Source: Scenedesmus sp. PABB004
Lineage: Eukaryota
Reading direction: 5' to 3'
NCBI GenBank assembly: GCA_014905635.1
Contig: CM026547.1
Location: 558,001 to 622,000 of the forward strand
DNA: 64,000 nucleotides
Position numbers and translations under genes: made by a program. The notes beneath the pieces are model-generated. The model was not told the origin of the DNA and searched no databases. It saw nothing but the letters and a program-made list of their open reading frames with translations. Positions within the stretch are counted from its first letter, which is position 1, and each line of letters begins with the position of its first letter. Shown here one piece after another: positions 34,301 through 47,004 of this stretch.

Positions 34301-37228
34301 GGGGCGTGCTTTGGCACTCTGTAAGGCGGGCGTCGGGCGGTGGCTGTTGGCCGGCAGCGGCGCGTCTGGCCGCCGCTGGCCGGCGGGCTGGCTGGGCGCG
34401 CGACGCCCGCACGCGGCCGGCCAGGCGGCCTCCGCCGGCTGCAGGCCTGACGGGCGGCCGCGTGCACTCACGGGGCGGGCGACAGATCTGGTCGCTGAGA
34501 TAGGGCGTTCTCCACACTCCCGAGTAGCACTTGGCTGTCACTTGTGAGTCCTCGTACACGGAGGTGTTGGTGCTGGTGCAGGGCGCGGTGCACGTGGTTC
34601 GGTTGAGGCACGATGTCGGCCACTGCACGCCCGGCACCGCTGCGGGCAGCGACTGCGAGCACCCTGCGCGGGCGGCGCGGCCGCCGGCGGTGCGGCGCGT
34701 GTGCCGCGGCGGGCGGGCCGCGCTGGCGCTGCCAGCGCCAGAGTCGCGCTGCGCGCGCGGCCAGGCCCCGCGGCGGCGCGCACTCACTCGCGCACAAGGG
34801 TTGACCGCCGCGCCCTGGCATGAGCTCCTTGCTGATGATGTAGCTTGCCGCGGGGAAGGGGCCGCCTTCCTGCTGGGGATAGGTGGCGTCTGGGAACGAG
34901 TACGGCGGCGTGGTCACGACCGAATTGGAGTAATTGGTTATAACGACGCGCCACTCCGCGTCGGTGTCGGCGCGGTCGCGCGCGGTGCAGGTGAACCTGT
35001 CCCGCGCCGCGCAGGGGAGGCGGGAGGCGGGGAGGCGGGCGGTGGCGGGGACGGCGGAGCGGCGTGTGTGGGTGGGGGGGGGGCTCAGGGCTGGAGGTGC
35101 TGGGTCCGCTGCGCGCGCGGGCGGGCAGCATGTGCGCCGCGCGCGGGCGCGCCCGTCGCAGGCAGGCCGCCGCGCGCACCGAATGATGTTGCGCTCCCAG
35201 CTGATGTACCCGGGGTTTGAGACTGGAACGCTCACGGTGATGAATGGATAAGACTTGCCGCCGCCCGGGTTGGGGACCTGACGGTTGACATAGATCCGCT
35301 CCAGCAGGTACGGCGCTCCCGCGACAGTACCCCGAGCGTTGTCGCTGAACTGGCCCCCCCAGCCGGATGCGCAGGTACCAATGCACATCATATCCTCGGG
35401 GATGGCCCTGGCAGGGCAGGCGGCGGGGCGAGCGGGGCGCGCGGCCTGCCGTAGGCGCGCGCGTGCAGCGCCGGCGGCGCCCGCCGCGACGGCGCGCGGC
35501 ACGCCGGTCCCGGCCGCCGTTCCCCCTCGCGCAGCAGCGCCACGCGGCCCTGCTGCAGAAAACACCTGAAAAAGGGGTACCAGGTCCAGTCACCAAAGTA
35601 CGTGTCGCGGTTGCCTCGATTGCTCGGGTTTGTATCGGGCACCGCAGGCGCCTGCGGGTCAGGGTCGTAGTACCAGTTGGTGGCGGACGCGTTGACGCAG
35701 CGCCCGGTCCAGCGGAGGCCTGCGGTCGCCGCGCTGCCGTTGCCCGGCACGTAGCTGCCCGTGCGGGTGACCTCGCTGGGCGGCAGGGCGCACTCGACGG
35801 CGCGGATGCCTTGGGGGGGGGGGGGGGCGAGCGCGGGCGGGCGGGCGGCGCCGCGCGTGAGGCGCGCGCCACGCCGTGCGTGCCGCCTCGCGCGCGCGGC
35901 GACCCCTGCCATCCCTTTCCGGTGTGTGTGCTCACGTTCGCAGACGGGCACGCTGCTGGGGTCGGAGCCGGTTGGGGCGTACTCAGGGATGCTGTACCAG
36001 TAGGGGTCAGGGAAGGTCTCGTCGGTGATGTTGGTGCGCGGCCCGACACGCCCGGGGCCTGCGCGGACGCGTCCGCGCGGGAGGCACGCTCGCCGGGCGG
36101 CCGGCGGCGCGCGCGGCGGCGCAGCGCGCGCGCGCGCGGCAGCGCCGCCCGTGCTCACCCTGCCTGCACGGGAGCCGCACGACGCCCAAGCGCCGCGCGC
36201 TGGGGTCGGTCGGGCGCCAGCCCGGCGCGCAGCGCCCCTCGCAGGAGCTCCCGATTGAAACGCTGCGATTGGCGCAGTTCCACTGGACCACGCCCTCCCA
36301 CTTGCCCACGTTGGACAGGGGTGGGCCCATGCATGCGTCAGCAAAACACACCACGTCTGACGCGGACGCCGCGCCGCCGCTCCAGACCCACTTTCCGTTC
36401 AGGCACTGCGTGGCGGCGCGGGCGCCCCGAACCGATCAGGGCAGGCAGGCTGACCCCGCAGCGGCAAGCAGCCGCCCGCGCCGCGCCGTTGCGCGCGAGG
36501 CGGCCGCGGCGCGTCGAGGCGGGCGACGCGAGCGCGCCCTGCTGCCGCACGCGCCTGGTACTCTATCGAGTCTGGGCCATACAGGTAGTAGAGGGGCCAG
36601 CCGACGTACGCGTACTGGGTGTTGTAGGGGTTTGTCCCGGTCGAGCAGGTCCACTTGCAGAAGGCGCCGTACGCGGTCGTGCTCGCATTGGCGCAGGACC
36701 ACGACCCGCGCGCGGGGGACTGGTTCCCGTACCGGTTTTGGAATTTAGGCGCCGGGGGCGTGCCGTTGCATGGCGGCGGGGCTGCGGGCAAGCGGGCGGG
36801 CCGAGCGTTGGAGCCGCTGGGGTCGCGCCGACGCGGGCTGCGGCGCCGCTAGCCGCCAGCCTGGCCGGCTCACCGATCTGCTGCAGCGCCCGTGCGCCTG
36901 CACGCGAGGCGTCGGTGTCGTCACCTGCGGACGGCGTCCCCGGGCGGCGGTAACGGGCCGCGGACAGGCAGCGGGCGCGCTGCCCGCACCCTCGCCGCCG
37001 CCGGCAGAGCAGCAGCGCGCCGCCAGCGCGGTGGCCGCGGCCGCGGACCGGCCGGCCACACGCCCGGCAATCGCAGCAGGCTGGGCGCGCACCTGTCACC
37101 AGCTGGGCGCCAGGGCCGCCCGGCGCGGCGTGGCGGGCGGGGTCGACATCGACCGCCGGGGGCGCCGCGGCGGCCCGGCAGGCCACCAGCGCCAGCGCCA
37201 GGACCAGGGCACGCCGGAGGCGCGCCAT
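25309..37228 (-). CDS. Gene B': paralog of gene B, same architecture; multi-exon
   Basis: Identical N-terminus MARLRRALVLALALVACRAAAAPPAVDVDPARH; homologous exons (RVLCVQGGSTTSLGNQFRIATL, SEFSDWGPCTRLDITKWDQVN, VLRRLKRNSPEV, LDPIRFGNVSLSYNSAAAKKF, CDGWPDTWDNCIAAGGIW, FLRINGFGIDFTL); stop at 25309. Confidence 0.85.
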
Positions 37229-37586
37229 GGCGCGGAGCGTGGCGGCCGATCAGGCGCGGGGGAGCATGGGGTCGAGCGCCTGCTGCGCGCGACGGCTGCG
37301 AGCAGGGAGGCGCGCTGTGCCACGGCGGGGCGTGATCAGGGCGCTATGAAGCGATTGCAGCACAGCACGAGCATGGGCGCCGCCGCAGCAGACGGGAGAT
37401 GAGCGGCGGGTTTTGATTTAAGCAGTTCGCCCCCAGCCTCGCGAGATGGCCCGCTTCCGTGGGCTGCGCTCACCCGCGATGGGGTTCGCAGATCCCCATT
37501 GCATCTATCTGAGTACGGCGCGGCCTGCAGCGCCTCCTCCGCGCGAGGCGGAACAAGACAGACGGCGGGCGCCCGCCCGCGGCGCC
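37229..37586. promoter_or_regulatory. Probable bidirectional promoter between B' and A' (358 bp)
   Basis: Head-to-head ATGs at 37228(-) and 37587(+); ends homologous to 10710-11066; AT-rich core ttttgatttaa. Confidence 0.7.
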
Positions 37587-40500
37587 ATGCGCCCGCGGCG
37601 CCCCGTCGTGGCGCTGGGCGTGCTGCTGGCGGTCCTGGCCGCCGGCAGCCGGGCTGCCGCGGCCGACGGCGGCCTGGACGCGACGCAGCAGGCCGGCGGC
37701 AGCGGCGGCAGCGGCGCGACGCAGCCTCCCGCGACGCAGGCGCAGCTGGATCAGGCCGCCAAGCGCTGCCGGGTGACCTTTCCGGGCAAGGCGTCCGACT
37801 ATTCCACCACCTGCCGCGTGGAGGGCTGCCTCGCTTGCAAACGCGGTGGCGGCGGCGCCTGCCTCTGCTGCGAGGCCGGACGCTCGCTCTCGGCCGACGG
37901 CCGCAGCTGCACGCAGTGCCCCGTCGGCCGCTTCCTGGAGCGCCCGGACGCCGCCAAGGCCTGCAAGCGCTGCACCGGAGGCACCACCAACGCCAAGCCC
38001 GGCTCCACCTCTTGCCCAGGTGCGCGCGGCGCAGCGAGGGGCGCGGGGCCGCCGCCGCGTGCGCTGCCACCACCGGGGGGGGGGGGGGGGGGGCGCACGG
38101 CGCGCGCTGACGAGCCGCTGCCGCCGCAGTGTGCGTCGCGGGCTTCAAGTTTGTGCGCGCCGGCGTGTGCTCGCCCTGCGCGCGCGGCAGCTACAGCGCC
38201 GGCGCTGGCGCGGCGCAAGACTGCGCGCCCTGCCCGCCCGGCTTCACGACGCCCCTGGGCAAGCGCGGCACGTCGCGGGCGCTGTGCACGGTGCCAACAG
38301 TTGGTGCGTCCCGACCTGGCAGCCGCGCCACCGCGTGCCGCCGGCGCAGACGGAACACTTGCTGCGGGGGGGTTGTGCGCAGCTGAGGGCGCGTGGGGCA
38401 CGCGCCGCGAGCGCGCGCGTCGCTGACGGCCGCCGTTGCTCCTGCGCCTCGCAGAGAAGTGCACCGACCTGCCGCGGCCGGTCACCGGCGCCACCTGGCC
38501 CGCCAAGTGCGCAGGCAGCGTCAGCTGCCATGCCGCCTGCAGTGCGGGTTTCACCGGAGGTGCGACGGCGCGTGCGGGCGCGGCGCGGGCGTCGCCGGCG
38601 CCATGCCAGCACGGCAGCCGCCGCCTGTCCGCTGCCGGCTCACATGCCGTGCTCGCCGCGCCGCAACCGCCCGCCAGGGCCCGTGTCCGCCAAGTGCGTC
38701 AGCGGCGCCTGGCAGCTGCAGCCCGGCCTGCAGTGCTCTGAGAAAGGTGGGCGCCGCCGCGGCCGCCCTGCATGCCGCCGTGGCTGCGGCTGCTGGTGCA
38801 CGCGCGCGGCGGCCGCCGCGCCGCAGCCCTCCGCACTCGCGCTGACGCTGGCCCTTGCCCTCCTCCCCCTGCCGCGCGTCCGCCCCTTCCGCAGGCAGCG
38901 GCCAGGGCACGCTGCTGCTGAGCCCGCCCCAGGCGGCGGCGGGCGCGCGTGAGACGCTGGTGTTCAGCGTGGACCTGACCAAGAGCCAAAGCCGCGGCGC
39001 CAAGGTCAAGCTGTACGCCTCCGACACGAGTGGCCGCCTGCTCGACGTCCTGGCCGACCTGTACGACGACGGCAAGCCCGCCCACAAGGACGTCGCCAAG
39101 GGCGACGGCGTGTTCACCAATGTCGTCCGCACCAAGCTCGGCGCCGCCGGCGTGCAGCACTACGCTGCCACCGTGACAGGCACTGGCACGAGCTACACAC
39201 TGCGCATCGCGCTGCGCGTGGTGGAGCCGCCCTCGCGCGCCGAGGCGCGCGCCGGCGTGCGCGACGCAGCGGCTCAGCAGGAGCAGATCAACTCTCTGCT
39301 CAGCCAGGGCGGCAGCATCACCACAGCGGTGTCCCAGGTGGCGTCGGTGCTGCAGGCGCAGCCCGAGGTGGACAGCGTCGAGGACAAGGGCAGCTACGTG
39401 GCCTGGTCCACCACCGCGGGCCTGGGCTTTGTGGCGGGCAAGCGCACGAGCATCGCCGACAGCGGCGTGTCCGAGGCGCAGCTGCGCAGGGCGGCAGAGG
39501 CGGCGGGCCTGCTGGGCGGCTCCTCGTCCCGCGCCACACCGCAGGACCAGACGCCGGACATAGGCGACTGCAAGTTGGCAAAAGGAGACGTGATGCTGCT
39601 CTCGCCAGTGCTGACGCCGCTGCACGTGGTGATCTCATCCATTCTGATTGCCAAAGGCTACAACGTCACGCAGAAGTGCACGCGTGACGGCTGCCAGGTG
39701 CTCGGCACGGCTGGCGGCGGCATGAACCTGACCGACTGGGGCGGCCTGTCGGCGTTCAACCTGGTGGGCCTGTTCACCGACAACTACGGCTCAGACTTCC
39801 TCGGCTCCAGCGTCGCCTTTGACGCGACCGACCCGGACATGCTCGCGCACGCCACCGCCGGCCGCCTGGCGGTCGACGGCAGCACCGGCCAGGCGGCGCT
39901 CACGCCGCAGTGGTTCATCGACATGTGGCAGGCCAGCCGCGCGCCCGCCCCCAGCGACCAGGTCGTGGTGTTTGGCAGCCTCAGGTGCGGGCGCCCGGCC
40001 AACGCGCAACAGGCGCGGCTGCGCAAGCCGCAGCTGCCCCGCGCGCCGCTCACGCCGCCGCTGCGCCCGCCCGCCCCGCAGCTCCACCAGCCCCGACTCG
40101 CTCTTCCCGGCGGCGATGTCGACGGCGGGCGCGGGCTTCTTTGCTGGCTTCACCAGCGACAACATGACGCCCGACTCAACCGCCCAGAGTGACCTCTTCT
40201 CGTTCCTGCTGCGCCTGGCCTCCGGCGACAGCGTGGAGCCGCCCACCTCGCGCGCCGCGCTGTCCACCGACAACGTGCTGCGGCTCGCGGGCGCGCCGCG
40301 CAGCAGCGCCGCTGCGCCGGCGCAGGCGGCCGGCAGCAGCCAGTTTGTTGTCACGCCGCTGCGCGACGACGGCGTGGTCGAGGTGCGGCTCATCGACCGC
40401 TGCGAGTGCCTTGGGCTGCCGCAGAACTATACAGGCCTGCGGAACGCCGCGGGGCCCTGGCCGGCAACGTGCGCCGGCGCCGACCACTCAAGCGTGTGCG

Positions 40501-43500
40501 AGGTCGGATGCACCGACCGCTTCATCGGCGGTTATCGTGCAGCTTGCGACTCGGGCGAGTGGCGCATTTATAGTGACTCTGGCTGCACGGCAGGTGCGTG
40601 CGCAGGCGCAGCGCCCGCTCCCACAGCTCTCTCAGCCGCGCTCGCGTCGCTCACCGCCTGCCCGCCGCGCGCGCAGGGTGCTTCAAGCCCCCGCCGGACA
40701 GCCTGCTGCCACGTGCCGCGCCAGCATGGAACGCCAGCTGCGCCAAGGGCACGCGCAACAACATGACCTGCCCTGCCGCCTGCGTGGACAGCGAAGGCTT
40801 CACCTATTCCGGCGTGGCGCAAGCGCTGTGCGTCGACGGCGCCTGGTCGCCCACGCTGCGCAGCACCTGCATCAAGAGTAAGCCGGGCTGCCTGCCTCGC
40901 ACAGCACGCCCCGCCCCCTCGGCCGGCGCTGCGTGCGCAGCAGTGAGCGCACGCTCACGCCGCCGCCGCCACCACCGGCCGCCGCTCGCAGCGTCGTGCT
41001 CCCCCGACAACGGCGTGGCCTTTCCTGCGCCTCAGAGGACGGTGGGCTGGTGGGAGGCGTGCTCCAAGGGCACCCAGGTGCTGGAGCTGCCCGCCGGATT
41101 TGAGTGCTCGGCAGCCTGCGAGGTGCCGTACGACGGCGGCTACTCGACCACCTGCAAGGACGGCGCGTGGACGCCCGTGACGGGCAACTGCACCATCGGT
41201 GGGCCGCGGGCTCGCGCGGGGCAGGGGGGTGCCCCTGCCTGCCCGTGGCGCCAGACCGGCGCGCTCACCTGCCCGTGCCACCGCCTGTGCGTCGCCGCCT
41301 GCGCGCAGACACCTGCACCAGCCCACCGGAGAACGGCACCGTGCCGCTCAACAGCGAGGGCTGGGACCGCGCCTGCCGGCGCGCGACCGAGTACAGCATC
41401 TGCACCGCCAAGTGCAGCCCGGGCTTCACGGGCGGCTATACCGCGCAGTGCACCGCCAGCGGCTGGGCGCCGCGCACCGGCAGCTGCACCTTTCAGAGTG
41501 AGTCGGTCTCGCCTGCAAGGCCGCGCTGTACGAACCAAACGCCACCGCACCGTGTGCTGACGCGCTTCGCGCCGCGCACCGCTGCGCGCAGAGACGTGCG
41601 CGTCCGATCCCGGCAGGGTCAAGCAGCTGGTGGACAGCGACGGCTGGCAGGCGGGGTGCGACGACGGCGCGGCGCTTGGCGAAGAGTGCCTCGCACCCTG
41701 CAAGGATGGTGCGCTCGCGCGCGGGCGCCAGCTGCGCCTGCAGGCAGCGCCGGCCGCCCCTGCACCGCACGGCAGCTGGTCATGCGGTCCAGCGCTGCTG
41801 GGCATGCTGCGGCTGGCACAGCTCAGGCCTCGCCCTGCCCCCGTGCGCTGCCGCGCTCCACTCCACAGGCCTCTTTGGCGCGTATCGCTCCAGCTGCAGA
41901 GCTGACGGCACCTGGAGCCCCATCCGCGGCGGCTGCACCAACAGTGCGTGCGGCCGGCGCTAGTGCAGGCGCCGGCGCTGCCAGCGGCAGACCTTTGAGC
42001 TCGGGTGCATATGCGTTCCAACCCGCCCGCCCGTACGCCCACCCGCACTCCCCCCCCCCCCCCCCCGCAGCCGGCTGCACCGGCGGCGTCACGACGACCG
42101 CGCCCAACACCACCGCCGGCTGGCCCGCCGTCTGCGGGGCCTCCGCCAATGCCACGCAGCTGTTTGAGTCTGGCTATGAGTGCGAGGCGGCCTGCGCGCG
42201 CGGCTTCCAGGGCAAGGTCGTGTCGCAGTGCACGTCGGCCGGCTGGTCCGAGCCCATCGGCACCTGCCTGAAGTGTGAGCGTCGCGCGCCGACCCGCGGC
42301 GCGGCGGCCGGGCCGCCGCACGCCGCGCACGCGCGAGCAGGCGCCGCGCCGCCCCAGCGCAGCGCAGCGCGCTGATGGAGGCCTCCCCGCCGCCGCTGCC
42401 CGCCGCCGCCGCCGCCGCCGCCCGCGCCCGCGCCCGGTCGCCGCAGTCGGCTGCTACGGCTACCCCGACCCCGTCGCGCCGAGCAACAGCACCGGCTTCA
42501 ACGAGAGCTGCTTCGGCGCGGCGCCGGGGAGGGTCTGCCGCGCGCCCTGCGTGCGCGGCTACACCGGCGCCGGCTACAGCGCCGTGTGCCTCTCGGACAA
42601 CACCTGGAGCAGCGTGACCGGCAGCTGCAAGCTCGTGACCTGCGCGGGGCCGCCGCCCGACCCGGCGGCCGCGCCGAACGCCACCCTCGGCTGGGCCGGC
42701 TGCGACGCCGGCGGCGCCGAGGGCGACACCTGCCGCGCGGCGTGCGCGAGGGGCTACACGGGCGGCTTCCGCTCGCAGTGCCTCAACAGCACCTGGACCG
42801 CCCCGGCGGGCGCGTGCGTCGCGCGTGAGTGGCGGCGCGCCAGCCCGTGCCGCCCTCCGCCCGCCGCGCGCTGCGCCTGGCTCGCGCCCTGCGCACACGC
42901 GCGCGCCCTGGCTCACGCCCTGCCCGCGGCCGCCCGCGCGGCGCGCCTGCAGGCTTCTGCCCCATGCTTAGGACCACGCCGCCGGCCAACACCACCGGCT
43001 GGGGCGACGACTGCCGCAACGCCTCGATGCTCTACCCCTTTGGCTGGACCTGCACCGCCAACTGCTCAACCGGTGCGGCACGGCCGCCGGCTGCTGGCGC
43101 GCGGCGCGGCGGTGCCGCAGGGGCGCTGCGCGCGCGTGCTGCCCCGCGCGGCGCCGGCCGCGCGCGAGCGGCGGCGCCCCGCGCGTTGCCCCCGCGGCCA
43201 GGCTTTGAGGGCGATGGCTACACGACGCGCTGCCTCAACAACACTGCGTGGGCGGAGCCCGCCGGCAGCCCCTGCGTGCAGAGTGAGCGGCCGCCGGTGG
43301 CGGCGCGCGGCGCGCCGTGCGCGCGGGCCTGGCGCGCTCACGCGCGCGCGCCGCCGCCCCCGCAGAGTTCTGCGCCGCCCTGCCCTGGCAGCAGCCGGCC
43401 AACAGCACCGGCTGGGACGCCGCGTGCAGCACCACCAACGCGACCGCGCAGCACCCTCAGGGCACCAACTGCACCGCGCAGTGCAGCACAGGCTACGTGG

Positions 43501-46329
43501 GCCTGGTGTCGACCACATGCGGCACGAACAACGCCTGGAGCGCGCCGTCGGGGTCGTGCCGGCAGAGTGCGTGTCCGGCGGCGCGCCCCGGCAGCCGCTG
43601 CGCCCGGGCGCACCCGCCTCCCCCCCTCTTCTCACCCCGCCGCCGCCGCCGCGCCGCAGACTTCTGTGCCGCCATGCCACTGCCCACGCCCGCCAACACG
43701 GTCGCCTGGGACGCCTGCACCAACGCGAGCGCGCAGTACGCGCCGGGCACCACCTGCACGGCCGCCTGCGTCACGGGTGGGCGGGCGCGCCGCGCCGCGC
43801 GGCGTGACGCCCGGCGGCACACGCTCCCGCGGCGGGCTCAGGCTGACCCGCCGTGCGTGCCGCGTGCTGCGCAGGCTGGAACGGCACGGTGAGCTCCACG
43901 TGCACCAACAACGCGTGGACCGCGCCGACCGGCGCGTGCGTGAAGGTCTTCTGCGACCCGCTCCTTTCGCCCGCGCCCGGCGGCACCCTGGGCTGGGACG
44001 CCGGCTGCACCGCGAGCATGAAGTTCTTTGGCCAGTCCTGCTTCGCCAGCTGCGGGGGAGGTGCGCTGCACGCTGGGCGCGGCGCATGCGCGCGCGCGCG
44101 CGCTGCGTGCTGGCGCGGCGCGCTTGTGCGGCGGCGGCGGCAGCGCGCTGAGGCCTGCCCGCTGCCTGCCTCGCAGGCCTAGCGGGGCTCTTCACCGCAA
44201 CCTGCCGCAGCACCGGCTGGGAGATCTCGGGCGCCTGCGCAGCGAGTGCGTGCGCGCCGCGCGGCGCGGGCTCAGCGCGCGCCTCGCCGGCCGGGCCGGG
44301 GATCGCGCGCGCCGCCGGCGCTGACGTGTGCCCCCCTCCCCTCCCCCCGGCTGCCCCGACGCGCCAGGCGTGTGCTCCAGCATCCCCGCCAGCCAGAGCA
44401 CCGCGCTGCCCTGGCCGTCGAGCTGCAGCAACTCTGCGCCCGGCGCGTCGTGCACCGCGCAGTGCAACAACGCTGCCGGCTACTACGGTGCGTGCGCCGC
44501 GCGCCGCGCACAAGCAGCCCTCCCGGCCGCCGCCGCCGCTCCCTGCTGGTTGCTGCCGGGCGCGCGGCGCGCTCGCAGCCGAGGCGCCTGTGCGCTGCCC
44601 GCCTGCCGGGCCCGCAGGCACGGGCCTCACCTCCACGTGCAGCGGCTCCGTCTGGAGCGCGCCGTCCGGCTCCTGCGTGCTGCGGCAGTGCACGGGCCAG
44701 CCGTCGACGCCGCCTGCGGGCACGGCGTGGCCGGCCGCGTGCAACAACGGCCCCGCCAACCTGCAGTGCACCGCCAACTGCACGGCCGGCTACGATGCGC
44801 CCGTCTCCGCGTCGTTCCTGACGGCGACGTGCCAGCCCAACCAGACCTGGACGGCCGCCACGGGCGACCCCTGCACGCTGGGCACCAACTACTGCAACAC
44901 CACGTCGCCCCTCCCCGTGTTTGCGCGCTTCGCGTCCTGCACGCTGCCCATCGGCAACGGCGCGAGCTGCGCCGCGCCGTGCCGCACCGACATGGGCGTC
45001 AGCTTTGGCGGCGGCGGTTACACGGTCACCTGCACCTCCGGCGCCTGGGGCACGCCCACCGGCGCCTGCAACGACCCCGTCAACGGCTGCACGTCCAACC
45101 AGTGCAGCACCCTGGCCGGCACGAGCACGTGCAGGGACGTGCCGCTGCAGTCGGCGGCCGCCGCGGCCGCCGCGCTGCCCTACACCTGCCGCTGCGCCAC
45201 GGCCTGGCAAAGCCTCGAGCCGACCCTCACCGGCGCCGCGTGCAAGCCCGTGCACGTGCTCGTCGGGGGCGCCAGTGCTAGCAGCACAGGTTCGCCTCTT
45301 CTGCTGGCGTTTGACGGCACCAGCTGGGCGGAGGTGCAGCCGTCATCAATGACAAGCCTCCCCCAAGGCAACTTCAGCTCAATCGCGCTGCTGCGCGAGG
45401 GCGCCGGCACGGCGAGCGAGCGGCTCGCCGCCTACGTCTCCGGCGGGGACAGCGTGTTCAGACTCGTGCGCAACGGCAGCGGCGCCTGGGATGCGCCCGC
45501 CCCCGGCGGGGCGACATGGATGACGTCACCCGTTTTCACCGGCATGCCGACCTGGTCGAGCATCACACTCCATAAGGTGTCTGCGGTGTGGGATGGCGCG
45601 GCCAACAAAACCCGGGTCTTTGCCGGCGGCTCAGACCCAACCCATTTGGGCGACGGCGTCTTCTTCTCCGCCACGGCGGCGCTGGATGCCGACATCGCGG
45701 CGGACAGCGGGTCCTACACAGGCCTGACCAGCGGCGAACTCTTCAGCTTGAACGTGTCGGCAAACTACGTCTGGGCCGCGCGGCAAAACGGCATCGTCTC
45801 CCGGCTCCCCCGCAACGGCTCGCTCGACTTCTCAGACTTTTCGTCCAGCAGCGTCCTTACAAGCGCCGCGCTCTATGGCGTCGCGGCGCTGTCGGACGAC
45901 GACGTGTGGGTCGTTGGCGGAGAGTGGTTAGGGGGAGGGGGCGCAAACGACTTGGGCTGCATCCTCGCGCGCTGGGACGGCCTCGCCTGGGAGCTCGTGC
46001 CCAGCTGCACCACGGCCCTGCGCGCCATTTCGATGTACGACTGGCGAACCGGCTACGCCGTGGGGGACGCCGGCGCCATTTACAAGTGGGACGGCGTGGC
46101 CTGGGCGCCCGACGCGCTGTTTGCTTCCCAGGTTTCCAGCACCGCCAACCTGTATGGCGTCAAGGTCATCGATCCCTGGCATGTCGTCGTGGTCGGCGAC
46201 CAAGTGCTCGCCACGTTCAACGGCACCGCGTGGAGCCAGCCGGACATCACGCCGCTGTTCGGCACCACCGGGCCCGCGTCAGGCACGACCTACGTGCTAG
46301 GCGCGGTGGACGCGGTTCGCGGGCTGTGA
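37587..46329 (+). CDS. Gene A': paralog of gene A with ~2 extra sushi-like modules and a diverged beta-propeller; multi-exon
   Basis: ATG 37587 (MRPRRPVVALGVLLAVLAAGSRAAA); near-identical 5' part to A (38855 ORF vs 7518 ORF); ends YVLGAVDAVRGL* at 46329 vs FVLRAVDSVRGL* in A. Confidence 0.85.
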
Positions 46330-47004
46330 CGGGCGGGCTGTTCGAGCACGCTTTGTTTGGGGTGCTGCCAGTCCTAGGCGCTCAGTCTTCTTCCTCCCAA
46401 CGCATGCGCCCGCTGGCGGCTGCGCGTGTGCGCGCGGCGCCGGCGCGCGCCGCCAGCGCGCGAGCGGGGCCACCACACGACACCCCCCACGCCCTCTCGT
46501 AGCGCAGCCTCGCGCGGCGGCGGCGCCTGCCGCACGCGCCCACGCATCCTCGCGTCGTGGCCGGCCTCCTTTTTCTCCCCACTCTGTCTGGTCTTTGATT
46601 CACGTCGATCAGTCTCTGCACACACACACCTGGTGGGCGGGGGCTGGGCTTCCCGCGCGGCGCGGCCCCAGCACGCCGCCGGGGCGGGCGGCGGGGAGCG
46701 GGGGCAACCGGTGGCCTTACAGATGACGGCGCCTCTCCAACTCAGGCGGTTCTGTGGTCGTGCGCGCGCGGACGTGGATGCAAACTTGCGTCGCCGTCGG
46801 CAAAGCGCCGCGGTTTTGGCACGCCCGGCGCCGCTTGCAGCTGCGGCCTCCCGCCAAGCCGCGGCCCCACACAGCAGCCGCAGCAGCCGCAGCAGCCACG
46901 CAACCGCAGCCGCAGCCGAAGCCGAAGCCGTCGCGCGCGCAGCGACGTCGCCGCCGTCGCACCCGCAGCCGCGGCCGCCCTCCTCGCCTCCTCGCCCGCC
47001 CACG

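Larger units (their letters stand above)
2712..46329. repeat. Large inverted segmental duplication: arm 1 2712-21956, arm 2 25309-46329, spacer ~3.35 kb
   Basis: Gene order A(-)B(+) then B'(-)A'(+), with colinear reverse-complement homology of exons and some introns. Confidence 0.95.

Noticed and set aside
2712..46329. The duplication as an assembly artefact (haplotig or fold-back)
   Set aside because: The arms differ extensively in exons, intron positions and module number, so they are genuine paralogs.
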